Assembly: GCA_900547755.1 (NCBI GenBank)
Contig: URIC01000003.1
Coordinates: 777-64,776, forward strand
DNA: 64,000 bases
DNA from: an uncultured Bacteroidales bacterium
Lineage (GTDB): Bacteria > Bacteroidota > Bacteroidia > Bacteroidales > Muribaculaceae
Direction of reading: 5' to 3'
This document shows, one piece after another, positions 1 to 10,647 of the stretch (within the stretch, counting starts at the first letter, position 1; the number at the start of each line of letters is the position of its first letter). The position numbers were made by a program, and so were the translations under genes. The notes beneath the pieces were generated by a model that worked only from the letters and a program-made list of their open reading frames with translations, ran no database searches and was not told the origin of the DNA.

Positions 1-438
1 TCCCATTCCGCCATCGTTGGTGGCGCTTCCTCCTATTCCGACGATTATTTTTTTCGCCCCTCGTCTGACTGCATCTGCAATCATTTCGCCGGTACCGAAG
101 GTAGAGGTCTTGAGGGGATTTCTAAGCGCTTCGGGCACCAGGGTAAGACCGCTTGCCTGCGCCATATCCATCACTGCCAACCGTGTTTCAGGGTTATAAA
201 AATAGCATGCCGGTACAGGGTCGCCTAAAGGTCCTGAAACGAGCAAACGGCAAGGACTGCCGCCTATATGTACGGCCAAAGCGGAAGCGAAACCCTCACC
301 CCCGTCAGCCATAGGCACACACACTGTGTCGCACTCCGGGAGTACGCTCTTCACAGCCTCGGCACAACATTCTTCAGCCTCTTCGGAGCTCATGCAGCCC
401 TTGAACGAGTCGATAGCGATTACGATTTTTCCAATCAT
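1..438 (-). CDS. Glycerate kinase (5' part; runs off the window start)
   Basis: Manual translation from ATG at 438 gives MIGKIVIAIDSFKGCMSS...PMADGGEG...GIGGSATNDGGMG, the glycerate kinase (GarK/GlxK) motifs. Missing from the ORF track because it is truncated. Confidence 0.92.
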   Translation of the reverse strand, partial: MIGKIVIAIDSFKGCMSSEEAEECCAEAVKSVLPECDTVCVPMADGGEGFASALAVHIGGSPCRLLVSGPLGDPVPACYFYNPETRLAVMDMAQASGLTLVPEALRNPLKTSTFGTGEMIADAVRRGAKKIIVGIGGSATNDGGMG

Positions 439-671
439 GAATTCTGAGCAAATTTGTCAGTGCAAAATTACAAACAATCTCCTGCACTCACAACCCCGGC
501 CGGAAGTAATGATTAGTTCCTTACGGATGTCTTTAAATGAGTTGCATGAGGCTGATTGCAGCATCGCTTCCAATCGAAAGAAAAGTTGCGGCAAAGGCGT
601 TGGAAAACGGCAATTACAGTCGTATAGATAAGAAATGCGGGCCAAAGCTCTGTCAGGTCAGAAAAAATGAT

Positions 672-679
672 TAAATTTG
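672..679 (+). promoter_or_regulatory. Bacteroidetes sigma-A -7 element for the ddl-ileS unit
   Basis: TAAATTTG matches TAnnTTTG. A divergent one (CAAAATTA at 463-470) precedes glycerate kinase. Confidence 0.6.
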
Positions 680-744
680 CAGACAATTCGCGCGCGTGTA
701 TGCGTGTGTATTAACCGAATATACATAGAGCAAAACAAGATAAA

Positions 745-1941
745 ATGAAGACCAACGTAGCAGTTTTCTTTGGAGGCCGCTCGGTGGAACACGAAATATC
801 CGTGATTTCCGCCCTTCAGGCCATTAATGCGATGAATCCCGAGAAATATAACGTTATTCCCGTCTATATCTCCAAGCAGGGCAGGTGGTACACGGGCCCT
901 AAGCTGCTGGAGATACGTAACTACCGCGACATGAAGAGCCTCACCGAGCAGAGTACCGAGGTGTTCATGCGTCCCGAGTTCGGCGACTACAACCTTTATA
1001 AAGCCGAGGGAGGTATGTTTTCCAAGAAGCAGCCCATAGTGGCCGAGCTTCATGTGGTGCTGCCGGTACTGCACGGCACAAACGGAGAAGACGGCATTTT
1101 CGAGGGTCTGCTCGAGACCATCGGCATCCCGTTTGCCGGGTGCAACACACTCTCCTCCGCAAACGGCATGGATAAGATAACCATGAAGATGATTCTGCGC
1201 GAATGTGGTGTTCCTGTAGTGGACTATGTCTGGTTCACAGACCGCGAATGGTTCACCCGTCGCGACGAGCTGATAGAGCGTGTGGAGAGCCATCTGGGGT
1301 ATCCCGTTATTGTCAAGCCCGCCAATCTGGGCAGCAGTGTGGGCATAGGCAAGGCTGCTTGCCGTGAAGAGCTGGTGGCCGCCATAGACAAGGCCGAGAA
1401 ATTCTCCGCCCGCATAATCGTGGAGCACATGATAGAGCAGCTCAAGGAGATAAACTGTTCCGTACTGGGCGATGCCGACGAACATCAGAGCAGTGTCTGC
1501 GAAGAGCCTATCAAGACCGGAGATTTCCTTTCCTATGAAGACAAATACATGGGAGGCACCAAAGGAGCCAAGGGTATGCAGAACAGCGACAAGCGTATTC
1601 CCGCAGACCTGCCCGAAGCGGTGAGCGAGGAGATACGCCGCATTGCCGGCGAGACATTCCGCGTACTCTCCTGCCACGGTGTGAGCCGAGTGGACGTCAT
1701 GGTGGACGAGGCCGACGGCAAGATATATGTAAACGAAATCAACACTATCCCGGGCTCCCTGAGCTTTTACCTCTGGGAAGCCAGCAGCATACCTTTCGCC
1801 GACCTCATGGACCGTCTGGTGGCGCTCGCCCTTAAGCGCAAGAGAGCGATAGAGCGCAAGACCTTCACATACGATTCCAATATTTTCGCTCTCGGCGGCG
1901 GTGTAAAAGGCGCCAAAGGGGCCAAAGGAGGCAAATTCTGA
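745..1941 (+). CDS. ddl: D-alanine--D-alanine ligase
   Basis: Motifs FGGRSVEHEISV, LHGTNGEDG, KPANLGSSVGI, SYEDKY, NEINTIPG. Confidence 0.95.
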   Translation: MKTNVAVFFGGRSVEHEISVISALQAINAMNPEKYNVIPVYISKQGRWYTGPKLLEIRNYRDMKSLTEQSTEVFMRPEFGDYNLYKAEGGMFSKKQPIVAELHVVLPVLHGTNGEDGIFEGLLETIGIPFAGCNTLSSANGMDKITMKMILRECGVPVVDYVWFTDREWFTRRDELIERVESHLGYPVIVKPANLGSSVGIGKAACREELVAAIDKAEKFSARIIVEHMIEQLKEINCSVLGDADEHQSSVCEEPIKTGDFLSYEDKYMGGTKGAKGMQNSDKRIPADLPEAVSEEIRRIAGETFRVLSCHGVSRVDVMVDEADGKIYVNEINTIPGSLSFYLWEASSIPFADLMDRLVALALKRKRAIERKTFTYDSNIFALGGGVKGAKGAKGGKF

Positions 1942-1962
1942 CTAATTCACAAACCAGCAAAT

Positions 1963-4900
1963 ATGAAATTCAAAGAATATAGCAGACAGCTCTCACTGTC
2001 TGACATAAACAAAGAGATGCTCGAAGCATGGGACCGCGATTCCTTGTTCGAGGCCAGCATGAAAGTCCGCGAGGGCTGTCCCTCATTTGTGTTCTACGAG
2101 GGTCCTCCCAGTGCCAACGGTATGCCGGGAATACACCACGTCATGGCCCGCACCATAAAGGACATCTTCTGCCGTTACAAGACCATGAAGGGTTTCCATG
2201 TGAAGCGCAAGGCCGGTTGGGACACTCACGGTCTGCCCGTGGAACTGGGCGTGGAGAAGAACCTCGGCATCACCAAAGAAGATATAGGCAAGAAAATATC
2301 CGTGGACGAATACAATGCCGCCTGTCGTCGTGAGGTGATGAAGTACACCAAAGAGTGGACAGACCTTACCCACAAGATGGGTTACTGGGTTGACCTGCGC
2401 GACCCGTATATCACTTACGACAACAAATACATCGAGAGTGTGTGGTGGCTCCTGCGCCAGCTCTACGACAAAGGTTACCTCTATAAGGGCTACACCATCC
2501 AGCCGTACTCTCCGGCCGCCGGCACCGGTCTCTCCAGCCATGAGCTTAACCAGCCCGGCTGTTACCGCGATGTCAAGGATACCACCGCCACGGTGCTGTT
2601 CCGTATCGAAGAGCCCAAAGAGGAGATGAAAGGCTGGGGTGATGCCTCCTTCATAGCATGGACCACCACACCCTGGACTCTGCCCTCCAACACAGCCCTC
2701 TGTATCGGGCCCCGCTTCAAGTACGTGGCTGTGCGCACATATAATCCCTATACAGCCCGAAAGGCTACGGTAGTGCTTGCCAAAGACTGTATGCACACCT
2801 ATTTCAAGCCTGAGGGCGAGAAAGCCGACATCGATGCCTACAAGGCCGGGGATAAAGTGCTTCCCTGGCGCATTGTGGCCGAATATGACGCATCCGAGCT
2901 TATCGGCATGCGCTACAGGCAGCTCATGCCCTGGGTTAAGCCGCTTGAGAAGCTGTCTGAAATAAGTCCCGACTTCGTCAAGAAAGCCGCCGAGGCCCAT
3001 CCCGAAGACATATTTACCTGCGGAGAGGACCGTTTCCTGGAGATGAGCGCCGAGGCATTCCGTATAATCCCCGGCGACTACGTCACGGTGGACGACGGTA
3101 CAGGTATAGTACACATAGCTCCTACCTTCGGTGCGGACGATGCCAAGGTGGCGAAGGCCGCCGGTATCCCGTCTCTCTTCATGATTGACCGTAAGGGTGA
3201 CACACGCCCTATGGTGGACCTGCGGGGACGTTACTACCGTCTGGAGGACTGCGCCCCTGAGTTCGTGGAGCGCTGTGTGGATGTGCCTCTTTACTCCCGT
3301 CACGAGGGAGATTTCGTAAAAAATGCTTATGACCCGCGTTTCAATCCCAATGGCAAGTTTGACGAAACGGCGGCCGCCAAGGCCGAGGACCTTAACATAG
3401 TCCTCTGCATTGAGATGAAACAGGCCGGCGAAGCCTTCAGAATCGAAAAACACGTGCATAACTATCCGCACTGCTGGCGTACAGACAAGCCTGTGCTGTA
3501 CTACCCCCTGGACTCCTGGTTCATCCGCACCACCGCCGCACGCCAGCGCCTGATGGAGCTTAACGAGACCATCAAGTGGAAACCGGCCAGCACCGGCACA
3601 GGTCGCTTCGGCAAGTGGCTTGAGAACCTTCAGGACTGGAATCTATCCCGTTCCCGCTATTGGGGCACCCCGCTTCCCATCTGGCGCACCGAAGATGGCA
3701 AGGAGGAGATATGTATAGGCTCCTATGCCGAACTGAGCCAGGCTATAGACGAGTCTGTCAAGGCCGGGTATATGAAAGGGAATCCTCTTACCGAGGCCGG
3801 ATTTGTCCCCGGTGACATGAGCCGCGAAAACTATGACCGCATAGACCTGCACCGCCCGTATGTGGACGACATTGTCCTGGTAAGTCCCAAGACAGGCCGC
3901 CCCATGAAGCGCGAGCTTGACCTGATTGACGTATGGTTCGACTCCGGCTCCATGCCTTATGCTCAGATACACTATCCCTTCGAGAACAAAGAGGCCTTTG
4001 ACAACCGCGAAGTCTATCCCGCCGACTTCATAGCCGAGGGAGTGGACCAGACACGCGGCTGGTTCTTCACGCTGCACGCCATAGCGGGCATGGTCTTCGA
4101 CACAGTCAGCTACAAGGCCGTTATCTCCAACGGTCTGGTTCTCGACAAGAACGGCAACAAGATGAGCAAACGTCTCGGCAATGCCATAGACCCCTTCGGA
4201 AACATCGAGAAGTATGGTTCCGACCCCGTGCGCTGGTACATGATTGAGAACTCTCAGCCCTGGGACAACCTCAAGTATGACGAGACCGGTGTGAAAGAAG
4301 TGGCCGGCAAGCTCTTCGGCACGCTTTACAACACCTACAAGTTCTTTGCCCTCTATGCCAATGTGGATGGCTTTACCGGTACCGAACCGGCTGTTCCCTA
4401 CGCTGAGCGTCCTGAGATAGACCGTTGGATTCTCTCGCTGCTGAACTCACTTATAAAGGATGTGGACGCCTCTCTGGAGGATTATGAACCTACCCGGGCT
4501 GCCCGTGCCATATCCGAGTTTGTCGGGGACAACCTTTCCAACTGGTACGTGCGTCTTAACCGCAAACGCTTCTGGGCCGGCGATATGACCGCCGACAAGC
4601 TCTCCGCTTATCAGACTCTCTACACCTGCCTGCGTACCCTGTCTCAACTCATGGCTCCCATAGCTCCATTCTATGCGGACCGTCTGTGGACCGACCTGCA
4701 CGGCGGAGAAGCCTGCGAGTCCGTACATCTGAGCCTGCTCCCCCGGGCCGACGGGTCAATGATAGACAAGAACCTTGAGGAACAGATGAAGATGGCGCAG
4801 GACATCACCAGCGCCGTACTCGCTCTCCGCCGCAAGGTCAATATCAAGGTGCGTCAGCCTCTTCAGACACTGCTTGTGCCTGTGACTTCGGCGGCTCAGC

Positions 4901-5514
4901 ACGAGATGGTAGAGGCCATGGCCTCCCTTATCAAGGCCGAGGTGAACGTCAAGGAACTTAAGATAGTCAACGCCAACGAGAGCGGACTCGTGAAGCGCGT
5001 CAAAGCCGACTTCAAGAAGCTCGGTCCACGCTTCGGCAAGATAATGAAGCAGCTTGGCGCGGCTATCAAGGAAATGAGCCAGGAGCAGATAGCCGAATTG
5101 GAGCGCGAGGGCAGGATAGCCTTCACGGCCCTGGAGGGGGCGCCTGTAGTCACCGCCGACGATGTGGAGATACTGGCCGAGGATATTCCCGGATGGGCCG
5201 TAGGTGTTGCCGGAGACCTCACTGTGGCTCTGGATGTCACCGTCACTCCGGAACTTAAAGCCGAAGGTGTGGCCCGCGAACTCATCAATCGCATCCAGAA
5301 CATCCGCAAGACTTCAGACTTCGACATCACCGACAAGGTGGAAGTGCAGATAGAGTCGAATCCCGCCATTGACCTGGCTTTGCAGCAGTTCAGGGACTAC
5401 ATAGCGGCCCAGGTACTGGCCGGCAGTATAAGGACAGTGGCTCAACCGGCCGGAAATCCAGTGGAAATAGAGCTGGACGACCTGAAACTGCACATTAGTG
5501 TGACGCGTGTCTGA
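1963..5514 (+). CDS. ileS: Isoleucine--tRNA ligase
   Basis: Motifs FYEGPPSANGMPGIHH, GWDTHGLPVE, WTTTPWTLPSN, EGVDQTRGWF, KMSKR. Confidence 0.98.
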   Translation: MKFKEYSRQLSLSDINKEMLEAWDRDSLFEASMKVREGCPSFVFYEGPPSANGMPGIHHVMARTIKDIFCRYKTMKGFHVKRKAGWDTHGLPVELGVEKNLGITKEDIGKKISVDEYNAACRREVMKYTKEWTDLTHKMGYWVDLRDPYITYDNKYIESVWWLLRQLYDKGYLYKGYTIQPYSPAAGTGLSSHELNQPGCYRDVKDTTATVLFRIEEPKEEMKGWGDASFIAWTTTPWTLPSNTALCIGPRFKYVAVRTYNPYTARKATVVLAKDCMHTYFKPEGEKADIDAYKAGDKVLPWRIVAEYDASELIGMRYRQLMPWVKPLEKLSEISPDFVKKAAEAHPEDIFTCGEDRFLEMSAEAFRIIPGDYVTVDDGTGIVHIAPTFGADDAKVAKAAGIPSLFMIDRKGDTRPMVDLRGRYYRLEDCAPEFVERCVDVPLYSRHEGDFVKNAYDPRFNPNGKFDETAAAKAEDLNIVLCIEMKQAGEAFRIEKHVHNYPHCWRTDKPVLYYPLDSWFIRTTAARQRLMELNETIKWKPASTGTGRFGKWLENLQDWNLSRSRYWGTPLPIWRTEDGKEEICIGSYAELSQAIDESVKAGYMKGNPLTEAGFVPGDMSRENYDRIDLHRPYVDDIVLVSPKTGRPMKRELDLIDVWFDSGSMPYAQIHYPFENKEAFDNREVYPADFIAEGVDQTRGWFFTLHAIAGMVFDTVSYKAVISNGLVLDKNGNKMSKRLGNAIDPFGNIEKYGSDPVRWYMIENSQPWDNLKYDETGVKEVAGKLFGTLYNTYKFFALYANVDGFTGTEPAVPYAERPEIDRWILSLLNSLIKDVDASLEDYEPTRAARAISEFVGDNLSNWYVRLNRKRFWAGDMTADKLSAYQTLYTCLRTLSQLMAPIAPFYADRLWTDLHGGEACESVHLSLLPRADGSMIDKNLEEQMKMAQDITSAVLALRRKVNIKVRQPLQTLLVPVTSAAQHEMVEAMASLIKAEVNVKELKIVNANESGLVKRVKADFKKLGPRFGKIMKQLGAAIKEMSQEQIAELEREGRIAFTALEGAPVVTADDVEILAEDIPGWAVGVAGDLTVALDVTVTPELKAEGVARELINRIQNIRKTSDFDITDKVEVQIESNPAIDLALQQFRDYIAAQVLAGSIRTVAQPAGNPVEIELDDLKLHISVTRV

Positions 5515-5601
5515 ACAATAAGTGCCCTGCCGCCGTTAAAAAAGGTAAAATCGCCTTTTCTTTACGGCGGCATGGCTATAAATCTATAATGACTAAGACT
5601 T

Positions 5602-5979
5602 ATGACAGACACGATTAATAAAGAGAGATACTCGGATGCGGAGCTTGAGGAATTCCGTACCCTCATACTTGCGAAACTCGACAAAGCTACCGAAGAGTAC
5701 GAAGAACTCCGCTCGTTGGTGGTGAACGATGCCGACAATGGCGATTCGGACACGGCCCCTACGTTCAAGGCCCTTGAGGAGGGCGCCAACACTCTCGGCA
5801 AGGAGGAAGCCGTGCGTCTGGCGCGCCGTCAGGCCGATTTCATTGCCAAACTGCGCGGTGCCCTGGTGCGTATCGACAACAAGACATACGGCATCTGCCG
5901 TGTCACTGGCAAGCTGATTCCCAAGGAGCGTCTGCGCGCGGTGCCTCACGCCACACTCTCCATTGATGCCAAGAAGTGA
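5602..5979 (+). CDS. TraR/DksA family transcription factor
   Basis: Coiled coil followed by YGICRVTGKLIPKERLRAVPHATLS; usual ileS-dksA-lspA order. Confidence 0.9.
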   Translation: MTDTINKERYSDAELEEFRTLILAKLDKATEEYEELRSLVVNDADNGDSDTAPTFKALEEGANTLGKEEAVRLARRQADFIAKLRGALVRIDNKTYGICRVTGKLIPKERLRAVPHATLSIDAKK

Positions 5980-6042
5980 GGGAACCATCCTGGGTTCCCT
6001 TTTCCTCTCGGCTTTCGCTGACACAAAACCGATTGACCCTAT

Positions 6043-6681
6043 ATGAAACAATACAAAGGGCTGCTCGCCCTCTGCATCATCATCGCGGTGGTGCTTCTGG
6101 ACCAGATTCTGAAGATATACATCAAGACCCATTTCTACCTTGGCGAAGACTTCGCCATCACCGACTGGTTCCACATCAAGTTTATCCAGAATCCCGGTAT
6201 GGCTTTCGGCATAGAGCTATGGAGCAAGATGTTGCTCACGCTGGGCCGTATAGCCGCCGTATGCTTCTTCATCTGGTTCATTGTCAAGACCAAGGGTATG
6301 AAAGACTTGCGCACCGGATTCATGGTCTGCGCGGCGCTCATCACTGCCGGAGCCGCCGGCAATATCTTTGACTGCGTCTTCTATGGCGAGGTCTTCACCA
6401 ACCCCGCGCCTTACGAAGTGGCCGTCTTCGCGGAACCGGGCCACGGCTATGCCGGATGGTTCGAAGGCCAGGTGGTGGATATGCTCTACTTTCCCCTCTT
6501 CGATATAAACCTTTTCGGTCATAGATGGGAATTTTTCCAATACATATTCAATATAGCTGACTCCGCTATCTGTGTGGGCGTGTTCGCTCTCATATTCTTT
6601 TACACCAAAGACCTCTCCAAGGCCTGGGAGTATGCCGTGGGGCGTAAGAAAAAGACCTTGCCCGCAGATGAGAAAGCCTGA
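6043..6681 (+). CDS. lspA: Lipoprotein signal peptidase
   Basis: Motifs DQILK, NPGMAFG, GAAGNIFD, VVDM, FNIADSAI. Confidence 0.95.
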   Translation: MKQYKGLLALCIIIAVVLLDQILKIYIKTHFYLGEDFAITDWFHIKFIQNPGMAFGIELWSKMLLTLGRIAAVCFFIWFIVKTKGMKDLRTGFMVCAALITAGAAGNIFDCVFYGEVFTNPAPYEVAVFAEPGHGYAGWFEGQVVDMLYFPLFDINLFGHRWEFFQYIFNIADSAICVGVFALIFFYTKDLSKAWEYAVGRKKKTLPADEKA

Positions 6682-7459
6682 ACGTCATATACGGATGCTG
6701 CTTGCCGGCCTCCTGCTCGCCGGCGGCCTTGTGGCCTGTTCGTCGCGTCCTGACCCGGTTATGAGCGATGAGGAGACCGCCGAGTTGCTGGCCGACCTGC
6801 ACATAGCCGACGCATACGGCACTTTGGAAAGGGACGGCTCCATGGGCATCTTGGCCTCCGACGAAGACTCCTTGCGCAAGGTGCTTCGCCAAAGTGTACT
6901 CAAAAGCCACGGAGTGAGCGAGGAACAGCTGGATACCACGCTCGGCTGGTACGGCCACAATCTGGATAAGTACGAAGAGATGTATGAGAAGGTGCTTGAG
7001 AAAATAGATAAGAAAAAAATAGCCCTTACTCAAGCGAGGGCGGAGAAAGACGCCTCGCCCACACTTTGGCCATACGGCAATATGCAACGTGTGCCCGCAG
7101 TTCCGGAAGGGGAGGGCACATTGATTCCTTTTGATATTCCGGCAGACAAAGTCTCCAAGGGTGCGCGGATACTCTGGGAAGGCAAGACACTGAATGTCCG
7201 TGGTCCGATAGATTTCTTTATGGCCGTAGACTATACTGACGGCTCCACGGGGTATATACAACGCAACTTTATGGGCGAGGGGAGACAGAATGTGGCGTTG
7301 CAGACAGACACCGCTTCCAAAATCAAACGTGCATACGGCTATCTGAGAGTGCGCCAGAGCGAACCGCTGCTCATAGACAGCATCAGTCTTAGAACAGCGC
7401 CTTTCAACGAGACTTCATATTACGAGATACATTCCGCAAGGCGATGGACACCGAAGTGA
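6668..7459 (+). CDS. DUF4296-like lipoprotein
   Basis: Lipobox LVAC; LLADLHIADA and WYGHNLDKYEEMY; follows lspA. Start moved to the ATG overlapping the lspA end. Confidence 0.75.
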   Translation: MRKPERHIRMLLAGLLLAGGLVACSSRPDPVMSDEETAELLADLHIADAYGTLERDGSMGILASDEDSLRKVLRQSVLKSHGVSEEQLDTTLGWYGHNLDKYEEMYEKVLEKIDKKKIALTQARAEKDASPTLWPYGNMQRVPAVPEGEGTLIPFDIPADKVSKGARILWEGKTLNVRGPIDFFMAVDYTDGSTGYIQRNFMGEGRQNVALQTDTASKIKRAYGYLRVRQSEPLLIDSISLRTAPFNETSYYEIHSARRWTPK

Positions 7460-7698
7460 CTCCGGCAGATATGTGTCCGGTGCATCTGGATGCGCTGCAT
7501 GGCCATCTTTCGCGCCGTCTGACCGTTCATTACCCCTGTGGAAGTACGGAGGTCCGTCTTATGTCGATAGTCTCTCTGTCACCCTCCGGAGAACCCCGGA
7601 TAGTACCTTATACCGGAGAAATCCCTTTTACCCTTTACCACGACAAACCCCTTCATCTGTATCTCGCGGACCCACCGGCCCTTTACGAACAGAAATAG
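7444..7698 (+). CDS. Small hypothetical protein
   Basis: ORF overlaps the previous stop and ends at a terminator hairpin. Confidence 0.45.
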   Translation: MDTEVTPADMCPVHLDALHGHLSRRLTVHYPCGSTEVRLMSIVSLSPSGEPRIVPYTGEIPFTLYHDKPLHLYLADPPALYEQK

Positions 7699-7733
7699 TC
7701 CTCTGCCGCACATCAGACGGCAGAGGACTATTT
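7693..7733. terminator. Bidirectional intrinsic terminator
   Basis: AAATAGTCCTCTGCCG / CGGCAGAGGACTATTT inverted repeat between convergent genes. Confidence 0.8.
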
Positions 7734-7752
7734 TATTGTCTATATAAGGAGG

Positions 7753-8403
7753 TCAGAGGGCTATGCGGCCTTTTTTCGCCTCATCCTGCATCAGCGTGCC
7801 GGGAATGAGGTAAATCTCCAGACGTCGGTTCCTGGCACGTCCGTCGGCGGTATTGTTAGGCACTAAGGGGTCGGTGGAGCCGGCGCCTGTGGGGAATAGG
7901 TAACGGGTGTCGACTCCCATGTCGTCAAGATATTCATATATGGATTCCACACGTTCCAGGGAGAGACTGTCGGTGTAGGAAGTGGAGCCGGTATTGTCGG
8001 TGTGCATTACCATAAGCACACGGTACATATCCGGTTTGGAGGGGTTCAGGTAACGTCGCAGCGGGTCAAGCCATACGGAGGCATCGGCGAGCAACTCGGT
8101 GTCGTTGGGCGCGAACAGGTTGGAAGCAGGGATAGTGATGATTATCACTTCCTTGTTGCGGTATGTCTCCACATTGCATCCCGATTTTTCCGGCTTGTAG
8201 GTGCCTTTGATGAGGCGTGTAGCCTCCTTTTCCTGGAAGCTGCGCACCAGGTCGGCCTGTCCTTTCAGGGGCACGGACATTATCAGCTCTTCGTTGGAGA
8301 GAGCGTCCAGCGCAGGAATACGGCCGTTCACCTCTTCCGGTCTGGAAGCGAATGTCCCTAAGGCGGAGAGACTAATCGTCAAAGATATCAAGAGTTTTTT
8401 CAT
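7753..8403 (-). CDS. OmpA/MotB peptidoglycan-binding domain protein
   Basis: Signal peptide MKKLLIS...; HTDNTGS, LSLERV, GRARNRRLEI. Confidence 0.85.
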   Translation of the reverse strand: MKKLLISLTISLSALGTFASRPEEVNGRIPALDALSNEELIMSVPLKGQADLVRSFQEKEATRLIKGTYKPEKSGCNVETYRNKEVIIITIPASNLFAPNDTELLADASVWLDPLRRYLNPSKPDMYRVLMVMHTDNTGSTSYTDSLSLERVESIYEYLDDMGVDTRYLFPTGAGSTDPLVPNNTADGRARNRRLEIYLIPGTLMQDEAKKGRIAL

Positions 8404-8701
8404 AAGCAAGTTCGCCTTGAATAATGAATTTAATGTCATCGGGGTCCATAAGCAGCTCATCGTCCTTTTTTACTTCTTTGGCTACGTAGGCCGTGAGAGC
8501 GTCAATGTCCACTTCCTCCTCGTCGTCTTCTTCCTCGGATGGGAGGGCGGTGAGTCCTTTGGACTCGTAGTAGTCCCAGATAATGTCTATCACCTCCAGT
8601 ATTTCGTCGTCCGTGTATTTGTCTTTTATCTCTTCAGGGAGGAATGAGCGTATGAAGGAGACAGCCTCATCCTCGTCATAAGTCTTGAAATCGTCAGCCA
8701 T
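8372..8701 (-). CDS. Acidic conserved hypothetical protein
   Basis: MADDFKTYDEDEAVSFIR...; coupled between rimM and the OmpA-domain gene. Confidence 0.75.
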   Translation of the reverse strand: MADDFKTYDEDEAVSFIRSFLPEEIKDKYTDDEILEVIDIIWDYYESKGLTALPSEEEDDEEEVDIDALTAYVAKEVKKDDELLMDPDDIKFIIQGELAYEKTLDIFDD

Positions 8702-8705
8702 AATT

Positions 8706-9254
8706 TTATTCATTTAAGTTTATCAGCCCGTCGGGCAGGGTAGTGCCTACAGTGCGGGTCTCCGGGTCTATGAAGTCAATGAAAGGCTCTGCCACAGGTA
8801 CGTACAGGGTGGTGTCCCGTGGTGTGCGCACTATGAATAGGAGATTGGCGGTGGAGTCTTCGATACCGGTGATGTGGCCAAGCGGCCCATGCACGGAGTC
8901 TACCAGTTCGAAACCCTCGAGGTCATCGGCATAAGCGCCCTCCTCGTCCGGTCCGGGATTTTCTCCTTCCCATTTCAGCAGGTCCTTCTTTAATATATAG
9001 ATGTTTTTTCCGACAAAAAGTTTAGCGTCCACTTCGGAATCGACATCCTCAGGCTTCAGAAGTACCCCACGGGAGCCGCGTTCACGTATAGAGTCGATGA
9101 AGAAAGGGACATATATGCCGTCCATTTCGCATACAAACATGGGGTGCGGCCCGAAGAAACCGGGGTCTACGGCCAATGTCGCGGCCAGCTCTCCGGCTAC
9201 TCCGTGGGTCTTGGTGAACAGGCCCGCGCGTGTCAGTTCCTCGGAGGTAATCAT
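8706..9254 (-). CDS. rimM: Ribosome maturation factor RimM
   Basis: KTHGVAGEL, DGIYVPFFI, C-terminal LPDGLINLN. Confidence 0.92.
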   Translation of the reverse strand: MITSEELTRAGLFTKTHGVAGELAATLAVDPGFFGPHPMFVCEMDGIYVPFFIDSIRERGSRGVLLKPEDVDSEVDAKLFVGKNIYILKKDLLKWEGENPGPDEEGAYADDLEGFELVDSVHGPLGHITGIEDSTANLLFIVRTPRDTTLYVPVAEPFIDFIDPETRTVGTTLPDGLINLNE

Positions 9255-10561
9255 TCGGCTCTTCTTATGTTTGCGCCCAGGGCGTTGAGGCGCTCGCCTA
9301 TGCGCTCGTAGCCTCGGTCTATCTGGTCGATGTTCTGGATGTAGCTCGTACCCTTGGCTCCCAGGGCGGCTATAAGCATGGCTATTCCCGCGCGTATGTC
9401 CGGACTTACCATGTGGGTGGCATATAGGCTTCCCAGCTTGCCGGAGCCTATCACGGCGGCGCGGTGCGGGTCACAAAGAATGATGCGGGCGCCCATGTCT
9501 ATAAGTTTGTCCACGAAGAAGAGACGGCTCTCGAACATTTTCTGGTGTATAAGCACTGACCCGCAGGCCTGAGTGGCTACCACCAGGAAGATACTGAGCA
9601 GGTCTGGGCTGAGACCGGGCCAGGGAGCATCGGCGAAGGTCATGATTGAACCGTCGATGAAGGTCTCTATCTGATAGGAGTCCCGCTCCGGGATATATAT
9701 GTCGGAGCCTCTCTGCTCCATGGTTATACCCAGGCGGGCAAAGCAGTCAGGCATTATGCCCAGCTCCTGCATATCCACATTTTCCAGGGTAAGGGCAGAG
9801 CCGGTCATGGCGGCGATACCCACGAAGGAGCCTACCTCTATCATATCCGGCTGCATACGATGGGTGGTGCCGTGCAGGCTTTCCACACCGGTTATGTGAA
9901 GCAGGTTGGACGCCACGCCTTCTATCTTGGCGCCCATGGATATGAGCATACGGCAAAGTTGCTGTATGTAGGGCTCGCAGGCGGCATTGTAGATTGTGGT
10001 TTCCCCTTTGGCCAGGACAGCGGCCAGGATAAGGTTGGCCGTGCCGGTCACGGAAGCCTCGTCAAGCAGCATATAGGTGCCGACAAGTCCTTTCGGGGCC
10101 CGTATGTCGTATATTTTCTTGTCGAAAATGTAGCGGAATTCCGCCCCTAACTTCTGCATGCCCAGGAAATGGGTGTCAAGGCGGCGGCGCCCTATCTTGT
10201 CACCGCCCGGTTTGGGCAGCACGGCATGGCCGTAACGGGCCACTAACGGACCTATTATCATTACCGAGCCGCGAAGTTTCTGCGCTTTTGAAATGAAAGC
10301 GGTGGTGGAGATATAGTCTATGTCTATGTCGTCGGCCTGGAACACGTATGTGTGCGCGTCCGTGCGCTCGGTCTTCACGCCCATGTCGCTCAGCAGGGAG
10401 ATGAGGTTGCGCACATCCAGGATGTCCGGCACATTCTCTATTGTCACTTTTTCGGGGGTGAGCAAAGTGGCGCATATTACCTCCAGGGCCTCGTTTTTGG
10501 CACCCTGAGGGGTTACTTTTCCCGAGAGGCGGTGTCCGCCTTCAACTATGAACGTACTCAC
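9251..10561 (-). CDS. murA: UDP-N-acetylglucosamine 1-carboxyvinyltransferase
   Basis: GAKNEAL, PGGDKIGRRRLD (Asp at the position of the fosfomycin-reactive Cys), SPDIRAG, IDRGYE. Confidence 0.97.
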   Translation of the reverse strand: MSTFIVEGGHRLSGKVTPQGAKNEALEVICATLLTPEKVTIENVPDILDVRNLISLLSDMGVKTERTDAHTYVFQADDIDIDYISTTAFISKAQKLRGSVMIIGPLVARYGHAVLPKPGGDKIGRRRLDTHFLGMQKLGAEFRYIFDKKIYDIRAPKGLVGTYMLLDEASVTGTANLILAAVLAKGETTIYNAACEPYIQQLCRMLISMGAKIEGVASNLLHITGVESLHGTTHRMQPDMIEVGSFVGIAAMTGSALTLENVDMQELGIMPDCFARLGITMEQRGSDIYIPERDSYQIETFIDGSIMTFADAPWPGLSPDLLSIFLVVATQACGSVLIHQKMFESRLFFVDKLIDMGARIILCDPHRAAVIGSGKLGSLYATHMVSPDIRAGIAMLIAALGAKGTSYIQNIDQIDRGYERIGERLNALGANIRRAE

Positions 10562-10603
10562 TGTCTTTTCTGTGTGTTTTTGGGGCTTGTTAACTTACTG
10601 CCG

Positions 10604-10641
10604 GCAGGCTTAAGTCCTCCTGAAAGGGACTTAAGTCTGCC
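10604..10641. terminator. Stem-loop between DUF4290 gene and murA
   Basis: GCAGGCTTAAGTCC / GGACTTAAGTCTGC inverted repeat. Confidence 0.5.
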
Positions 10642-10647
10642 TTGAAC

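Noticed and set aside
745..1941. Ddl as a Van-type resistance ligase
   Set aside because: The omega loop has SYEDKY, typical of D-Ala-D-Ala ligases, and there are no van genes nearby.
9251..10561. MurA with Asp in place of the fosfomycin-reactive Cys as a novel resistance trait
   Set aside because: This is the usual Bacteroidetes MurA type.
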